From Eledone cirrhosa (Eukaryota): a stretch of 64,000 nucleotides of DNA. The notes under the pieces are model-generated. The model was given only the letters and a program-made list of their open reading frames with translations. It had not been told where the DNA came from and made no database searches. Both the position numbers and the translations under genes were made by a program. Shown piece after piece: positions 38,650 to 52,260 of this stretch (position 1 is its first letter; every line of letters begins with the position of its first letter). The DNA is taken from positions 122,884,001 through 122,948,000 of the forward strand of contig OZ024745.1 of NCBI GenBank assembly GCA_964016885.1. The letters run 5' to 3'.

Positions 38650-39022
38650 TTAATGTAAATAAGATCAGAATCATTCAGTAAGTGGCACTTGGTGGTCTGC
38701 AAAATATGGTTTCCAATGCAGAAACAACGCCTATAATTCTGTGTGAAACTATTGCTAATCGTGGTGTTACTTTAACATTAGTTCTATGAAACAAAGTTGT
38801 TGATTTTAAAGTATTTATAAATATCTAAAGATTTCCATCACAATTTTATATAAGAACTAGACCACCTGTGACTTGTTAGGTCATGTTCACTTCAAAATAT
38901 CTTTTAAAAATCATGTTCACTTAAAAATGATTTTTAAATAATTAAAATATACACAGACATGTATATAATGTGAAATGAAACTGGAAGGCCCGTATATATA
39001 TGTGGGTGTATGTATATATATG

Positions 39023-39057
<35 letters not shown>

Positions 39058-39982
39058 GTATATGTGTGTGTATATATATATATATATATGGGGGTCTGTG
39101 ATCTATATACACCAGTCGTAGACACACATATATATACACAACCAGCTCTCACTTCTCCATTCTCCTTCTTTGTCTCCTCTCCCTCTCTCTATGTCTCTCT
39201 TTCACAACCACTATCTCTTTCTATCTATCTTTCTCTCTCTCTGTTTATGAAGGTTCTCGGAAAAACCCCATATCTCAGGAACCCATTCTCTGATTTACAT
39301 GAAACTTGTTTTACTCCATTTGTATTCCCATTTCAGGGTCAACTTCCCTTCAAAGTATTTTCCCATTATGCACCCGTTTGGCTGTATTACATTACAGACA
39401 AGCAAGCAAGCAAACAATTGCAGAGTTTTAGTAGTATATAGATATTTGTTATTTTCTGCTTCAATTATCAGCTTGATAATAAGAGGGCTAGTTATATTTC
39501 TGTCTTCAACTGCTTGATTATTAACAAAATTATTTGAAAATTACAGGCAGCGCTTTACATTAGAATTATTGTAATGAAAGGGTTAAGCTGGCTCGTACAT
39601 ACCTGGATACAAACAGACACACACATACAATTAAGGGTAACTGTGGGGTTAAGGTTATGAACTATAGACAGCAAGATCAACAGTTCAAACAGACATTGTA
39701 TAATATCTCTGTGAAAGATACATTAAACTGTTTGCTATAACCAGCACACTTGTAAATAGAAATCACTCCCACTTTACAGATGACTGACATTTAATACAAA
39801 GAGAAGCCAACCTTGAAAAATTAGTTGCTCTGTTGATTTCATAGACATTCTCTGTAGTTATCTATAATTACTAAAATAATGTCAACAGAGTAATGACACA
39901 GCTAGTTCCATTCAATCTGGTTATAATCTATAATCTTCATGCCAAGAAATCTAAATTTCTTATGAGTTTTTATGTTGTAGAT

Positions 39983-40328
39983 GAGAGGTTTTCAAACTTT
40001 TGGGGCCACTGCCCCCCCCCCCCCCCCCCCTCATGATCACGTAATACCTTCACTGTCCCCAACCCCTATTTCCAGAGAGACCTGCCTAAATAATATATAA
40101 TAAATAAAATCGTTAATTTATATATAATAAATAATATAATATATACTATGTATAAATAAATATATATTTTTTATTTTACTATATTTATATATAATATGTA
40201 TCATTTGATATTTAATATACTATTATATCATCTCTACCACCCCCACCACCACCCCCTTAGGCCCCAGTGCTCCCTGGACTTTCTCAATGGCTCCTTGGGG
40301 GTGTTAGCGCTCACTTTGAGAACCTCTG
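39983..40328. mobile_element. hAT-like MITE
   Basis: TIRs GAGAGGTTTTCAAA and TTTGAGAACCTCTG; TSD TTGTAGAT/TTATAGAT. Confidence 0.7.
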
Positions 40329-41530
40329 TTATAGATGGACCATTTTTTTATGTTTATCAGTGAGGAAAGGCAGCATCCATGGTCTTTTAGTTATTCAATG
40401 CCTCTAAAACAGGTGCTGTTAAACTGGGCAATAGGATAAGTCTATTACCCAAGAAATAGCAACCAAATATTCTTCAAATTATTCTTTTAAAAAGCAATAA
40501 TGAATACATTTGATAATATAGTCCTAGATATACTTTGCTGAAATTTAGCAACATTTAGGTCACCTCCATTTGAGCAGATTTGTGATGAAAAAAACCGTTA
40601 CAATTTGAATATACATACATTCATATTTTTGTATATATATGACAGAGTTTTCTGTAATGTTTTTCATGGGGTGAACGAGACTCACTGGGGGTGGGGTGAG
40701 AAAGTGTGAGGATTAAAAATGGGGGTAGGGGATTACCATGATAAATAAAATTAAGATGTTTTTTTAGAGCCAAAATTCTATTATATTACTATAGTATAGT
40801 TCTATTTCGTCTTCTCATTAATAAAGAGCAGTTGTCCTAAAAATTTCACTTGGTAGTTGTCAGTTTAAAAACTATATATATGTAAAGTGGTCACATTGGT
40901 AACATGACAGAAAGCACACAATCCAACCTGTAATGTGGTCATGCTGGTGACAACAAAAAGGACCCAGTACTCACTGTAAATGAGCTAGCTCAATTTTCCG
41001 TTTTCTAGTTGCTGATTTCTATACTTCAAGGTAATGTTTTACCCAATGCCATTTCAACGGCATTTTGCTGCCTTATGTCGAGTTTTTTCTGTTTTCCTAC
41101 ATATATATATATATTTATATTTTTAGATATATATGTATTTTTTAAATTTATATTTGAGTTGCATGTCTTCTCTTATTAACTTTATTAATTTTCTTAACTA
41201 TTTATGATACAGTTTTTCACTGTACTTAACATAATTTAGCAACATAATTTATAATTTTTCTGTAACAACATAATTTTTAAATTTTTAATGCTTTTATCTG
41301 CTCCTAGTTTTTATTGCATTTATATGCTCCTATTCTTCATATGCTTTTTCCGCCTCTGTTATCTTATATAAATGTTGATGCCTATACTTATCTAAACACC
41401 CATATTATGTATCTTCCTAATGTTCTTGTGACAAAGTTTTGATATATTTCTTTTTGACCTTTGTTATCTACTCCGATCATAAGTGATTAAATGTCTTTGA
41501 TTGTCATTTACATTATATATATATATATAT

Positions 41531-41724
41531 AACAAAGAAGGTGTGGTAAGATACCAGGTGGATCATAACACACAGAGTACTCGATACTTAGGGTAGTAGA
41601 GTGGGTAATGGGAAAAGAGTCAAGATCCTGATGGCTGAGCTCCAGCTGTTTTGACAGCTAGATCCGAACGGATCTAGCTGTTGAAATGGCCGGAGCTCAG
41701 CTGTCGGGGTCTTCACTCTTTTCC
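41531..41724. mobile_element. Family D fragment ending in a 56-bp-arm hairpin (41611-41724)
   Basis: GGAAAAGAGT...AGCTAGATCCG-AA-CGGATCTAGCT...ACTCTTTTCC. Confidence 0.75.
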
Positions 41725-42138
41725 TCATGGTGTTTGCATAGCTACGGCTTCCTAGAACCGTATTTCTTTGGAGATAGAAAATTTCTATACATATTGTATA
41801 AATCTATGCTTGAAGCAAAATCTTATTTCTTTTATATATATATATATATCATCATTCATCATCATCATTTCAATGTAACGGGAGGAAACAATAGCACCAT
41901 TGACGATGTTGCAGATGTGCAACGAAAGAACTTTGATAAACTATATATATGTGTTTGTGTCTATATTGTATCTGTATTATTTTTGACCGTTGGTCAGTCA
42001 ATGGCAACATTGAGGACCGAATAAATTAGATTACCGATATAAAAGACACAGAAGCGAAAAGCGAAAACCAACTAAACAGTGAGTGTGTTCTGTTATTAAT
42101 TCTGGCAATATTACACAAATATGATCCTCCCCAAGTAT

Positions 42139-42210
<72 letters not shown>

Positions 42211-42256
42211 AAGATGAATATAAAATGAAAGTGCTTTTATAAAGGAATTTATTAGG

Positions 42257-42374
42257 TACTGACATATGTTTCTGTAACAGACGGAATACCTATGTATCGC
42301 TGTTTGCGTAATCATATAATGTTAGCAAGTATTCGATAGCAAATGTATAATCAGTTGTCACTTCTTCAGAGATA
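42257..42374 (-). ncRNA. Type I hammerhead motif with ~75-nt loop 2 insertion
   Basis: Minus strand: UAUCU-CUGAAGA-aGUGACA...UGUUACa-GAAAC-AUAU-GUC-AGUA, then AATAAA and (TA)n about 50 nt downstream. Confidence 0.55.
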
Positions 42375-42688
42375 TTGGATAAATTGGAAAAAATCAGAAA
42401 AATCAAAGTATTTATATTAGTTGTAAGAAAGGAAGAAGAGAAGGGATAGTATATGACAGATGGCAATTCAATTTGCTGGTAAACAAGTATATAGAAGGTT
42501 TTTAATGAGAATACAATGAGTATATGGCTTATTTTCTCTAAATAAGAATTTTTGGGAGTGCCTATTTTAATCTATATTTGACCAATTGAACAATGGACAG
42601 GGCTGGTCGTTTGGTGTAGTAGTATTAATACAGATGAAATTTTATATATATATATAATTATGATCATTTGTTTTTGCAATATATATAT

Positions 42689-42861
42689 ATATAGAAATGG
42701 TTTCTACAGGATTAGAACGGTTTCATTTGAAGGAAATCATCAGGCTTTCCTGAGGATTTTTTTTTGTCCTGTAGAAACCATTTCTATATCAAATATTGTA
42801 TATACTCTACTATGTATTGAGTACCTTACCTACTGTGGTTACCTCCGATTGAACCCAGGAT

Positions 42862-42862
<1 letters not shown>
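42689..42862. repeat. Short fold-back element with degenerate hammerhead core in the loop; related copy at 9778-9895
   Basis: Arms ATATAGAAATGGTTTCTACAGGA and TCCTGTAGAAACCATTTCTATAT; minus strand CTGATGA...GAAACC at about 42718-42743. Confidence 0.6.
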
Positions 42863-42908
<46 letters not shown>

Positions 42909-43274
42909 CATATATATATATATACATATATATATACATATATATATTTACATATCAGTTAAAAACTGCTGATAAAATGGTGTGTCAAACCAAAAATGTC
43001 ATCTTGCGCTATTTATTCATCCAAAGTTGCCCAGACACAGTTGTTATCAGAAATACTGTGAACTAGCAATTAACCCTTTGGAAACCCATTACCACTGACG
43101 CCATTGTTCACAAATGCTGTCATATATAAATACTTCTAACATAAAACAGAATTAGTGAAAAGAAAAATTAAATAAAATAAAACTAAAAACAACACCTTTT
43201 AATTTGATTTGAGAAAACAGTTGCTATTCAGATTATGATTTAATTTTATCATAATAGCAACAAAACTGGCTATG

Positions 43275-43610
43275 ATGTTGTTGTTGCTGTTGTGGTTGCT
43301 TTAGATGATGAGGATGGTGGTGGAGGTGGTGGAACTGGTGAGGATGATGGTGGTGGTGGTGGTGGTGGTGGTGGAACTGGTGAGGATGATGGTGGTGATG
43401 GTGGTGGGGAGGATGATGGTGGAGGTGGTGATGGTGATAGTGGTGGTGGTGGAACTGGTGAGAATGATGATGGTGGTGGTGGTGGTGGTGGTGGAACTGG
43501 TGAGGATGATGGTGATGGTGGTGGTAGTGGTGGTGGTAGAACTACTGATGTTGCTGTGAATGATGATAGTGACGACGCCGATGATGATGATGATGATGAT
43601 GATGATTTAT
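43275..43610. repeat. Compound (GGT)n/(GAT)n trinucleotide repeat
   Basis: Direct inspection. Confidence 0.9.
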
Positions 43611-44377
43611 AATGTGATGGAAGTAGTAATTAGTGTTTTAGTGGCAATTGAAAAAAAAATTAATGAAAGTGTAGTGATAGGGAAATGGTGGTGGTGGGGG
43701 GGGGGATGTAGTGATTGGTAATTACTTGTGGAGAATGGTTAATGAAAATAGTGATTAAGCTAATGATGAAGAAGAAGAGATGAACATTGATCTGCAGATG
43801 TTCTTCAGAATAAACAGCAGTGTCTGTATCAAAGCCACCAGTCAGGGAGTGCGTATAGAAAGTGAAAAAATCATTAAAGTATTGGATTATATGCCTCAGT
43901 TTTTACCCAGCTTTCTGTACTGTTAGGTTAAGTCTAACAGAGGTGAACTTTAATTTTCATTCTTTAACCCTTTAGCATTTAAACCTGCCATATCTGGCCA
44001 GAATTCTTTCACCTCATTCTGTTCAAATTAGCTGTAACTGGTCACTCATACTGATGTTAAGGTATTGTACTCAAAATAAATAATATCAAAATCTCATATC
44101 AAAAACTCATATATCTATATATGAGATTTTGATATGATATATATATATATATATATGTAAGTATGGGCTATATTGAACAATAATAATTGTTTCTACTTTT
44201 GGCACAAGGCCAGCAAATACCCAGTGGATTACTGGTACATTATTTTATCGGCCCTGTAAGGATGAAAGGCAAAGTTATAATAATAATAATATTTGATTTG
44301 ATTGTAAGCAAACGGCCTTACTAAGCTGACGTCTTGACGGCTATCGCCATCTATTTGTTCAACAATAACATCGAGGA

Positions 44378-44420
44378 ACAATCAACATGTTTCTGGATCA
44401 TTATCTTTCATCAGGACTGT
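44378..44420 (-). ncRNA. Minimal type I hammerhead motif (weak stem II)
   Basis: Minus strand: ACAGUC-CUGAUGA-aaGAUaaugAUCca-GAAAC-AU-GUU-GAUUGU. Stem I is 6 bp; stem III is the palindrome ACAUGU. Confidence 0.55.
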
Positions 44421-44549
44421 ATACCTCTCTGCTATTTGGTATAACCCATATTTACATTTATGTAATCAGCTATGCTAGAGTGAGGAATCAAATTCTAATT
44501 TATATATATATGTATATATATACATATATATATATAATTATATATATAT

Positions 44550-44844
44550 GGAGGCACATGGCTTAGTGGTTAGAGCATTGGCCTTGCAATCAAAAGGTTG
44601 TGAGTTCAATTCTCAGACCGGGTGATGTGTTGTTTCCTTGAGCAAGACACTTTATTTCACATTGCTCCAGTTTACTCAGCTGCAAAGTGGTCGTGGAGGT
44701 GCCACGGCAAAAAAACACCCAGCACTCACTGTAAATGAGGTTGGTGTTAGGAAGGGCATCCAGCTGTAGAAATCAAGCCAGCATCAGTTCCCGTCCCACC
44801 CTTGCAAGCAGGGAAAAGTGGACGTAAAATGAAATGATGATGAT
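44550..44844 (+). mobile_element. SINE family B, internally deleted, with TSD ATAATTATATATATAT
   Basis: Intact A and B boxes and tail; duplicated flank. Confidence 0.88.
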
Positions 44845-44900
44845 ATAATTATATATATATATATGCATGCATACGTATATACTGTATATATGTATATATA

Positions 44901-44934
<34 letters not shown>

Positions 44935-45292
44935 GCACATATGTATATATGATTTCCCAAGAATCTCAGAACCTATATTTTATGGACAATTGACACCATC
45001 CTAATTGTAATCAGATATGAATTAAATGAAAAATATTTTATAAAGGGAATATATTCATATAAGACAATAAGATTTTTATTAATATTTATTAAACGGTACC
45101 TTCTCTCACGGAATACCAGAATGTTTTTGTTGAACCCTCTTTGTAAAATATTGCCTTAAACCAATGCAGTTGCACTTTCATACTAACATTCTTCTAAGTA
45201 TATGTTCTCTAGACATGACGGGAAGCACAGTGAAGCTCATTTACCTGACTGAGTGGTAGGTAGAGAAGTAGGGAATAGAAAAAATTAAATAT

Positions 45293-45977
45293 AATTGTTT
45301 CTACTTTTTACCCAGTGTATTACTGGTACTTTATTTTATCGACGCCCGTAAGGATGAAAGGCAAAGTTAACCTCGGCGGGATTTGAACTCAGAATGGCAA
45401 GGGCCGTAACTCGATGCGTCAAAGCATGGTGTCCAACCCTCTGCCGACACTGCCATGGTGTCCGACCCTCTACCGACACTGCCATGGTGTCCGACCTTCT
45501 ACCGGCACTGCCATGGTGTCCGACCCTCTACCGGCACTGCCATGGTGTCCGACCCTCTACCGGCACTGCCATGGTGTCCGACCCTCTACTGACACTGCCA
45601 TGGTGTCCGACCCTCTACCGACACTGCCATGGTGTCCGACCTTCTACCGGCACTGCCATGGTGTCCGACCCTCTACCGGCACTGCCATGGTGTCCGGCCC
45701 TCTACCGGCACTGCCATGGTGTCCGGCCCTCTACCGGCACTGCCATGGTGTCCGACCCTCTACCGGCACTGCCATGGTGTCCGACCCTCTACCGGCACTG
45801 CCATGGTGTCCGACCCTCTACCGATACTGCCATGGTGTCCGACCCTCTACCGATACTGCCATGGTGTCCGACCCTCTACCGATACTGCCATGGTGTCCGA
45901 CCCTCTACCGATACTGCCATGGTGTCCGACCCTCTACCGATACTGCCATGGTGTCCGACCCTCTACCGATACTGCCA
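45293..45977 (-). mobile_element. SINE family A whose head is amplified as a 29-bp minisatellite (about 19 copies, 45425-45977)
   Basis: Unit CATGGTGTCCGACCCTCTACCGRYACTGC, period 29. Confidence 0.9.
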
Positions 45978-46049
45978 AGCCAACACTTGCAAATTAAATA
46001 TAATGAAAATGAAGAAGGAGACGAAGGAGAAAAATGGAAATAGGGAAAA

Positions 46050-46324
46050 AAGATGAGGATGGTGATAACAGCCACAATTATATTGATGATCATCATCAGC
46101 ACCATCACCATCACCATCACCAGCACGAGCACCAGCAGCAGCATCAGTATCATGCAGATGATGATAATGAGGATGGCAGTGAGTGATGAGGATGATAATA
46201 ATGATGTTAGAGATAGCCACTAAAACAGTGAAGATGTTGGTGATGATGATGGTGATGATGATGGTGATGATGGTGATGGTGATGATGGTGATGATGCTGA
46301 TGATGATGATGTTGTTGTTGATAA

Positions 46325-46356
<32 letters not shown>

Positions 46357-46402
46357 ATGGTGATGATGATGTTGTTGTTGTTGATAATGCTGCTGATTGT
46401 GG

Positions 46403-46434
<32 letters not shown>

Positions 46435-46540
46435 TTGAGGACAACACTGATGGTATAGATAGCTGCTTTAATCATCAGCACAACAACAACAAAAACAACA
46501 ACAACAACAACAACAATAATAATAATAATAATAATAATTA
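46050..46540. repeat. Compound trinucleotide repeats (GAT/GCT/CAA/TAA)
   Basis: Direct inspection. Confidence 0.9.
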
Positions 46541-46847
46541 ATTGTTTCTACTTTAGGCACAAGGCCAGTAATTACCCAGTGTATTACTGGTACTTTATTT
46601 TATCGACCCCGTAAGGATGAAAGGCGAAGTTAACCTCGGCAGGATTTGAACTCAGTTCGTAAAGGGACATAACTGTGCTGCAAAGCATGGCGTCTGACCC
46701 TCTACCGATACTGCCAATCCACAATAATAATAGTAATAATAATAACAATAATTGTTTCTACTTTTGGCACAAGGCCAGCAATTATCCCAGTGTATTACTG
46801 GTACTTTATTTTATCGACCCCGTAAGGATGAAAGGCAAAGTTAACCT
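46541..46847 (-). mobile_element. Two tandem SINE family A copies
   Basis: Family A core and tail next to (TAA)n. Confidence 0.85.
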
Positions 46848-47298
46848 GTTAATAATGTGAAAGTGTGCAGAGCTTTTCAAACACAGCAGCAGTTAGCAAC
46901 AACATTAGCAAATGTGGAAGATAAAATACGACTTTAATTTCAACTATGAATTGCAAAGATATGAGAAACAGAACAGAAACATTTACAAAAAGGATTTTAA
47001 AAAATAAGCATTGCAGTTTAATTGAATTTTCACTTAGAAAATATCTAATTTGAGGGAAAATTTTTGCATGTTTTAAATTAAATTTGTAAAAATAGAATTA
47101 ATTTGAAACGGAGATCATAACCACACACATGCACAATCATAGAGATGTACGGACATGTATAGTATATACTTATTTATATATATATATGTGTGTGTGTGTG
47201 TAGGTAGCGTATGTTTCTATGTGTGTGTCTGTATATTTATTTTTGAAAGTACATGTTTCTATATGTAAGTACTATATATATGCATGCCTGCATGAATC

Positions 47299-47383
<85 letters not shown>

Positions 47384-47520
47384 AGAGTCAGAGCTGTTGA
47401 AACGGCTGAAGCTCAGCCGTCAGAGTCCTGAATCTTTTCATATTACCCACTCTACTACCCTAAGTATTGAGTCCTCTGGTGTGTTATGGTCCACCTGGTA
47501 TCTTACCAAACCCTCGTTGT

Positions 47521-47551
<31 letters not shown>

Positions 47552-47591
47552 TATGAAAATAAACCAAAGAAGCCTTCAATACATCAAAAGT

Positions 47592-47645
47592 CTTTATTAG
47601 CCAACAATGTTTCGTCCTATTAAGGACTCATCAGGGCAATTAAAG
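47592..47645 (-). ncRNA. Canonical type I hammerhead ribozyme motif
   Basis: Minus strand: CUUUAAUUGCC-CUGAUGA-GUCCU UAAU AGGAC-GAAAC-AUU-GUU-GGCUAAUAAAG. Stem II is a perfect 5 bp; stem I pairs at 9 of 11 positions. Confidence 0.85.
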
Positions 47646-47700
47646 CTATAAGAACGAAGAGGGTGTGTAACTCCAACACACTCTAGTATTTTAATTCTTA

Positions 47701-47758
<58 letters not shown>

Positions 47759-48106
47759 AAAATAACAGATTAAAGTTTAAGCAAAGAATCGCTGCTTTCA
47801 CCCTTAACGGGATCTTCTGAAACTAACAAAGTCAATCTGTAAACGCAGAAGTGGATATTTAAAAAAAACGTTGCAACCGGAGGAAAACAGGAAGACGAGA
47901 CTTTGGTTCGTGGAAACGTTCCCTGGCAAAGAACGGGAAAAAACGAAGATAATACGTCATTATTTGGAGTGGTGAAAAACAATTACACGCAAAGACAGAA
48001 CTACGTTTATGGTATAAAAGAAGTCGTAGACTAATATTCTATTAGGTGGTTCATAGAGATGTTCTCTGGCAATGAACAGAAAAAACGAAGATAATATATT
48101 ATATAT

Positions 48107-48137
<31 letters not shown>

Positions 48138-48283
48138 CCCTTCATGCAGTTCTGTTCACATGCCAACATAAGAGCAAGAATGAAGGGTTCATTCTACTGA
48201 CATGGCTATAAAATTGAGGCTTGTTTGCATAATTGCAAACAAATCAAATGTTATTATTAATATTCGAAAAACTCAGATTACAT

Positions 48284-48346
<63 letters not shown>

Positions 48347-48378
48347 TATACACATACACATATATATATATATGCATG

Positions 48379-48418
<40 letters not shown>

Positions 48419-48607
48419 TATGAGGTTATAGTGTAATAATTCACTATTTTCAATGGTAAGATGAGTTAACTCAAGCAGGGAAAAAGCGGACGTAAAATGA
48501 AATGATGATGATGATGATGATATATATATATATAATAATAATATTATTTATAGTTATGTATACACTATATACAACTATAAACAGGAAAGGTCAGTAATTG
48601 ATTACTG

Positions 48608-48646
<39 letters not shown>

Positions 48647-49186
48647 CTGATTAAAAACATTCACTAAAATAAAACATAGCCAATGTGAAGATAGCAATAA
48701 CATTGATACTCTCAGCACATACACATCTGAACATTACAGAAACAATTATCACACTACATCCACCATAAACAAATAATTTTAATACAAAAATAGCTTTGCC
48801 TGCTTGTAAACATGTTGTTTTATGTGATACTTTTGCCTCGCAGAAATTATATATGCCTAGTACCATTGCTTGTTTCCTTCCTGTATATGTCTATTACATT
48901 TGCACTCTCTATACGCTTGCATATATTTACTGCTAGTGTCTTCGTTTCACGAGTAACTTTCTACCTTAATGCCTCTCTAATTGTCATACTAATCTCTGTC
49001 GCATGCATTCCACTGTCTTTTTAACTTTTAATTTTTAATTTTATTTATTGTACAATTCTATTGAAATCTATGTCGCATCCATTCCACTCTGTAAATACAA
49101 AACTGTTGTTGACAACATTAATATCCATGTATCTATATGATTGTTCAGTTGAATAGGAGGTTAATTATATGTACAAACATTGCTAA

Positions 49187-49232
49187 TGCTCTGATGGTTC
49201 CAAACGGTAGTTTGGAAGAAACGATTGTCAGC
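49187..49232 (+). ncRNA. Type I hammerhead motif with A9G variant
   Basis: UGCU-CUGAUGG-UUCCAAAC GGUA GUUUGGAA-GAAAC-GAUU-GUC-AGCA, then AATAAA and (TA)n. Confidence 0.65.
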
Positions 49233-49710
49233 AATAAAAGGATTTGAACATAGCTTTGTTTTTTGTGTAATTTATATATATATATATATATATATATAAG
49301 CGAAACAAGGCCCTTGTCGGCTTATCTCCCCTGTTTGCTGAGATTAAAGTAAGTGAATTTGTCACTACTCTAAAACAATAGCATACGGTCTTCAAAATGC
49401 TTTTAATTAAGCATAAAGTGTATTGCAAAATACATTATATATACATCCATATATATATTGCTATTTCAGAGCTCCAATTCTAATATATATATATATATAA
49501 TTGTATTAATATATATATAATTGTATTAATATATATATAATTGTATTAATATATATATAATTGTATTAATATATATATATATACATATATATATACATAT
49601 ATATAAGCTGTGCGTAATATTAAATATTATCCAATTACAAATATATATATATACTTTGCATTTGAATTTGTTTTGCAAGATTTCTTATGTGAAAACGTGT
49701 GTTGAAATGG

Positions 49711-49878
49711 ATATTATTATACTTTGGGAGGGTCATGCTGCCAATAAAAACACATGCACCTGTTGGTTTTCACATCCATCCAGTTATTGAACCAACCAAC
49801 CAGCCAGAAATTTATAATAAAACCAACAGGTGTATGTGTTTTTATTGGCAGCATGACCCTCCTGAAGTATAACAATAT
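49711..49878. repeat. Fold-back inverted repeat, ~60-bp arms (related to family E)
   Basis: GGAGGGTCATGCTGCCAATAAAAACACA...TGTGTTTTTATTGGCAGCATGACCCTCC. Confidence 0.85.
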
Positions 49879-50643
49879 ATATATATATCATCATTTTACG
49901 TCCACTTTTCCCTGCTAGTTAGATAGAGAGATAGATGTATATATATATATAGATGTGTGATTCAGTGAATTAATGGTGGCATGTGGTGATCACTCTATGT
50001 TAATGATGGCTAGCAGGCCTGAGAGACTTGACCACATCAGCAGTCCAAAATCTGTTTGTAGCAGGAGCCCTTAAACTGGAAGAAGGTTTGGTACATGATG
50101 AGAGAAAGAAGCTGGTGGATGTCTGAGGCAGTGAGGCTAAACAATGAAGTTGATCTATCCAGGTAATTCAGTGGTCAGTAATTATACCGATGGCCAGGTG
50201 GGATAGCTGGGTAGAAAGAAACTATGTCTAAGCTAAAATCATAGCTATTCTATCTATAATAGATAACATTTTACGTTAGACAACAAGATCTTCCTCTCAC
50301 AAAAACACTTAGATAATGCCTCAACTGAGACATTGAAGCTTCCATTGAGGTGATAGAGGGGAATGTAGGGAGTTTATGAATTAAGGAAGCTATAATTATA
50401 AGCATGCAAAGTTCATGAGAACAGAACACCTTGTTTTTCTACATTCATTTGAAAAAGAACAACTATTTACCTTCAAATACCATGAAGAAATATATTGGAT
50501 AAAAACATTTTGTTTCATTTTGTCGTCCCTCTACCCCAGTACCACATTTATAATTCTATCTACATTGTACCAGCTTTCCAAACACCTTATTTATTTATTT
50601 ATTACATACCTCACAAGGTTTCATCTAACCTATACTACTTTAT

Positions 50644-50709
<66 letters not shown>

Positions 50710-50782
50710 ATATATACTTGCATACATACATGTATATGTATTTGTATATATGAATATACATATATATATATATATGCATTAC

Positions 50783-51155
50783 AAGGAAAAGAATGACTTC
50801 ACTTGAAGTTCTAAAGAATTTGATTTCATTTTATAATATTATGATTTTATAATTTGGTTTTGTAGATCTAGTATATATATATATATATACACACATCATC
50901 ATCATCATCATCATCATCATTTTACGTCCACTTTTCCCTGCTTGCAAGGGTGGAATGCACACACACACACACACATATATATAGTCTTGAAATTTATTAT
51001 TATTACTATATATATATATATGTGTGTATATATATATATGTGTGTGTGTGTATATATATATATTTACTAGATCTACAAAACCAAATTATAAAATCATAAT
51101 ATTATAAAATTAAATCAAATTCTTTAGAACTACAAGTGAAGTCATTCTTTTCCTT
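50783..51155. repeat. Inverted repeat, ~91-bp arms around a microsatellite and SINE-tail spacer
   Basis: 50783-50873 is the reverse complement of 51065-51155 with about 2 mismatches. Confidence 0.88.
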
Positions 51156-51181
51156 TTTTTTAATATATATATACATATACA

Positions 51182-51275
<94 letters not shown>

Positions 51276-51659
51276 GAGAGATCATTATATTTGAAATGTC
51301 CATCTTTGAGCCTTTTGATATGAACCCACTTTAAACTAACACTGTTTCCATTAAAGTATGTATAACTATGTTAAATATTCTCATCATAATTTTATATAAG
51401 AACATTTTGTTAACTATGAGATAGCTTTCAACTTGAAATTTATAAGTTTTACTAAATTCCTCTTATTTTCAAAATTTATTGCAGCACATTAGATTTATTG
51501 TAATGATACAATTAAAACATTTTCAGTTTTATATATGTATTTATTTCTGCCTATAAATCCATATGTCTCTCTATTATTTAACCACCATTTTCTTTCTTTC
51601 CTTTTGGTGTGCAATATCTGATTTTAGGGGGAATATTTTCATACTTAGTCAGTCAGAAA

Positions 51660-52260
51660 GGAAACGCTTTTACTATGACACTTGTAAGATATCCAAGGCT
51701 AGTGAGATTGATGTGATTGTAATATTCAGCATTAGTTTCTGTAGATTCATATATGCAAAAAGTTAGTAGATAAGTGATGGAATACTTGCAGGTGATAGCA
51801 TTAGTGAAGAGTGGTTGTATGAAGTATTTAGTAAAGGGTCTGGGATTTGAAAGTTAGTAGACAACAGCAAGAATGAGTGGTGTGTCATGTAGGCTTGTAG
51901 TTAAAGTGTGTGCTGTCTCATTATTCAGAAGAACAGAATCATACACTCTATTGGTGAAAAAAGAGGCAGAGAGAAATATCAGCATATCTATGAACCAGTT
52001 GTTGTAGCACGTTAAGTTAGTCCTTTCAAATCAACTAGAAGGCCTTCTTTTGGATGTGGCACGGAATGTGCTAGAGCAGCATCACTCACATATGTGAGTA
52101 ATACTCCAATGTAAGTAATACTCCAATGTAAGTAATACTCCAATGTAAGTCAGAGCTTTGAAGAGTATTTGATTAGAGCTGGAGTATATTTTATGCCCTG
52201 AAGAAAAAAGTCTACTTTTAGGGGTGCAGTTTTGACAATGTTACATATATATAAATATAT
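51660..52260 (-). pseudogene. Highly decayed, rearranged CR1/Jockey-group LINE remnant with a 17-bp triplication (about 52098-52148)
   Basis: Minus strand fragments ALDI and TLEYYSHI. Confidence 0.45.

Noticed and set aside
43292-43612. Gly/Asp-rich 106-aa ORF
   Set aside because: It is a trinucleotide repeat that is also open in another frame.
45394-46481. ORFs of 122-220 aa
   Set aside because: They derive from the 29-bp SINE-head array and from simple repeats.
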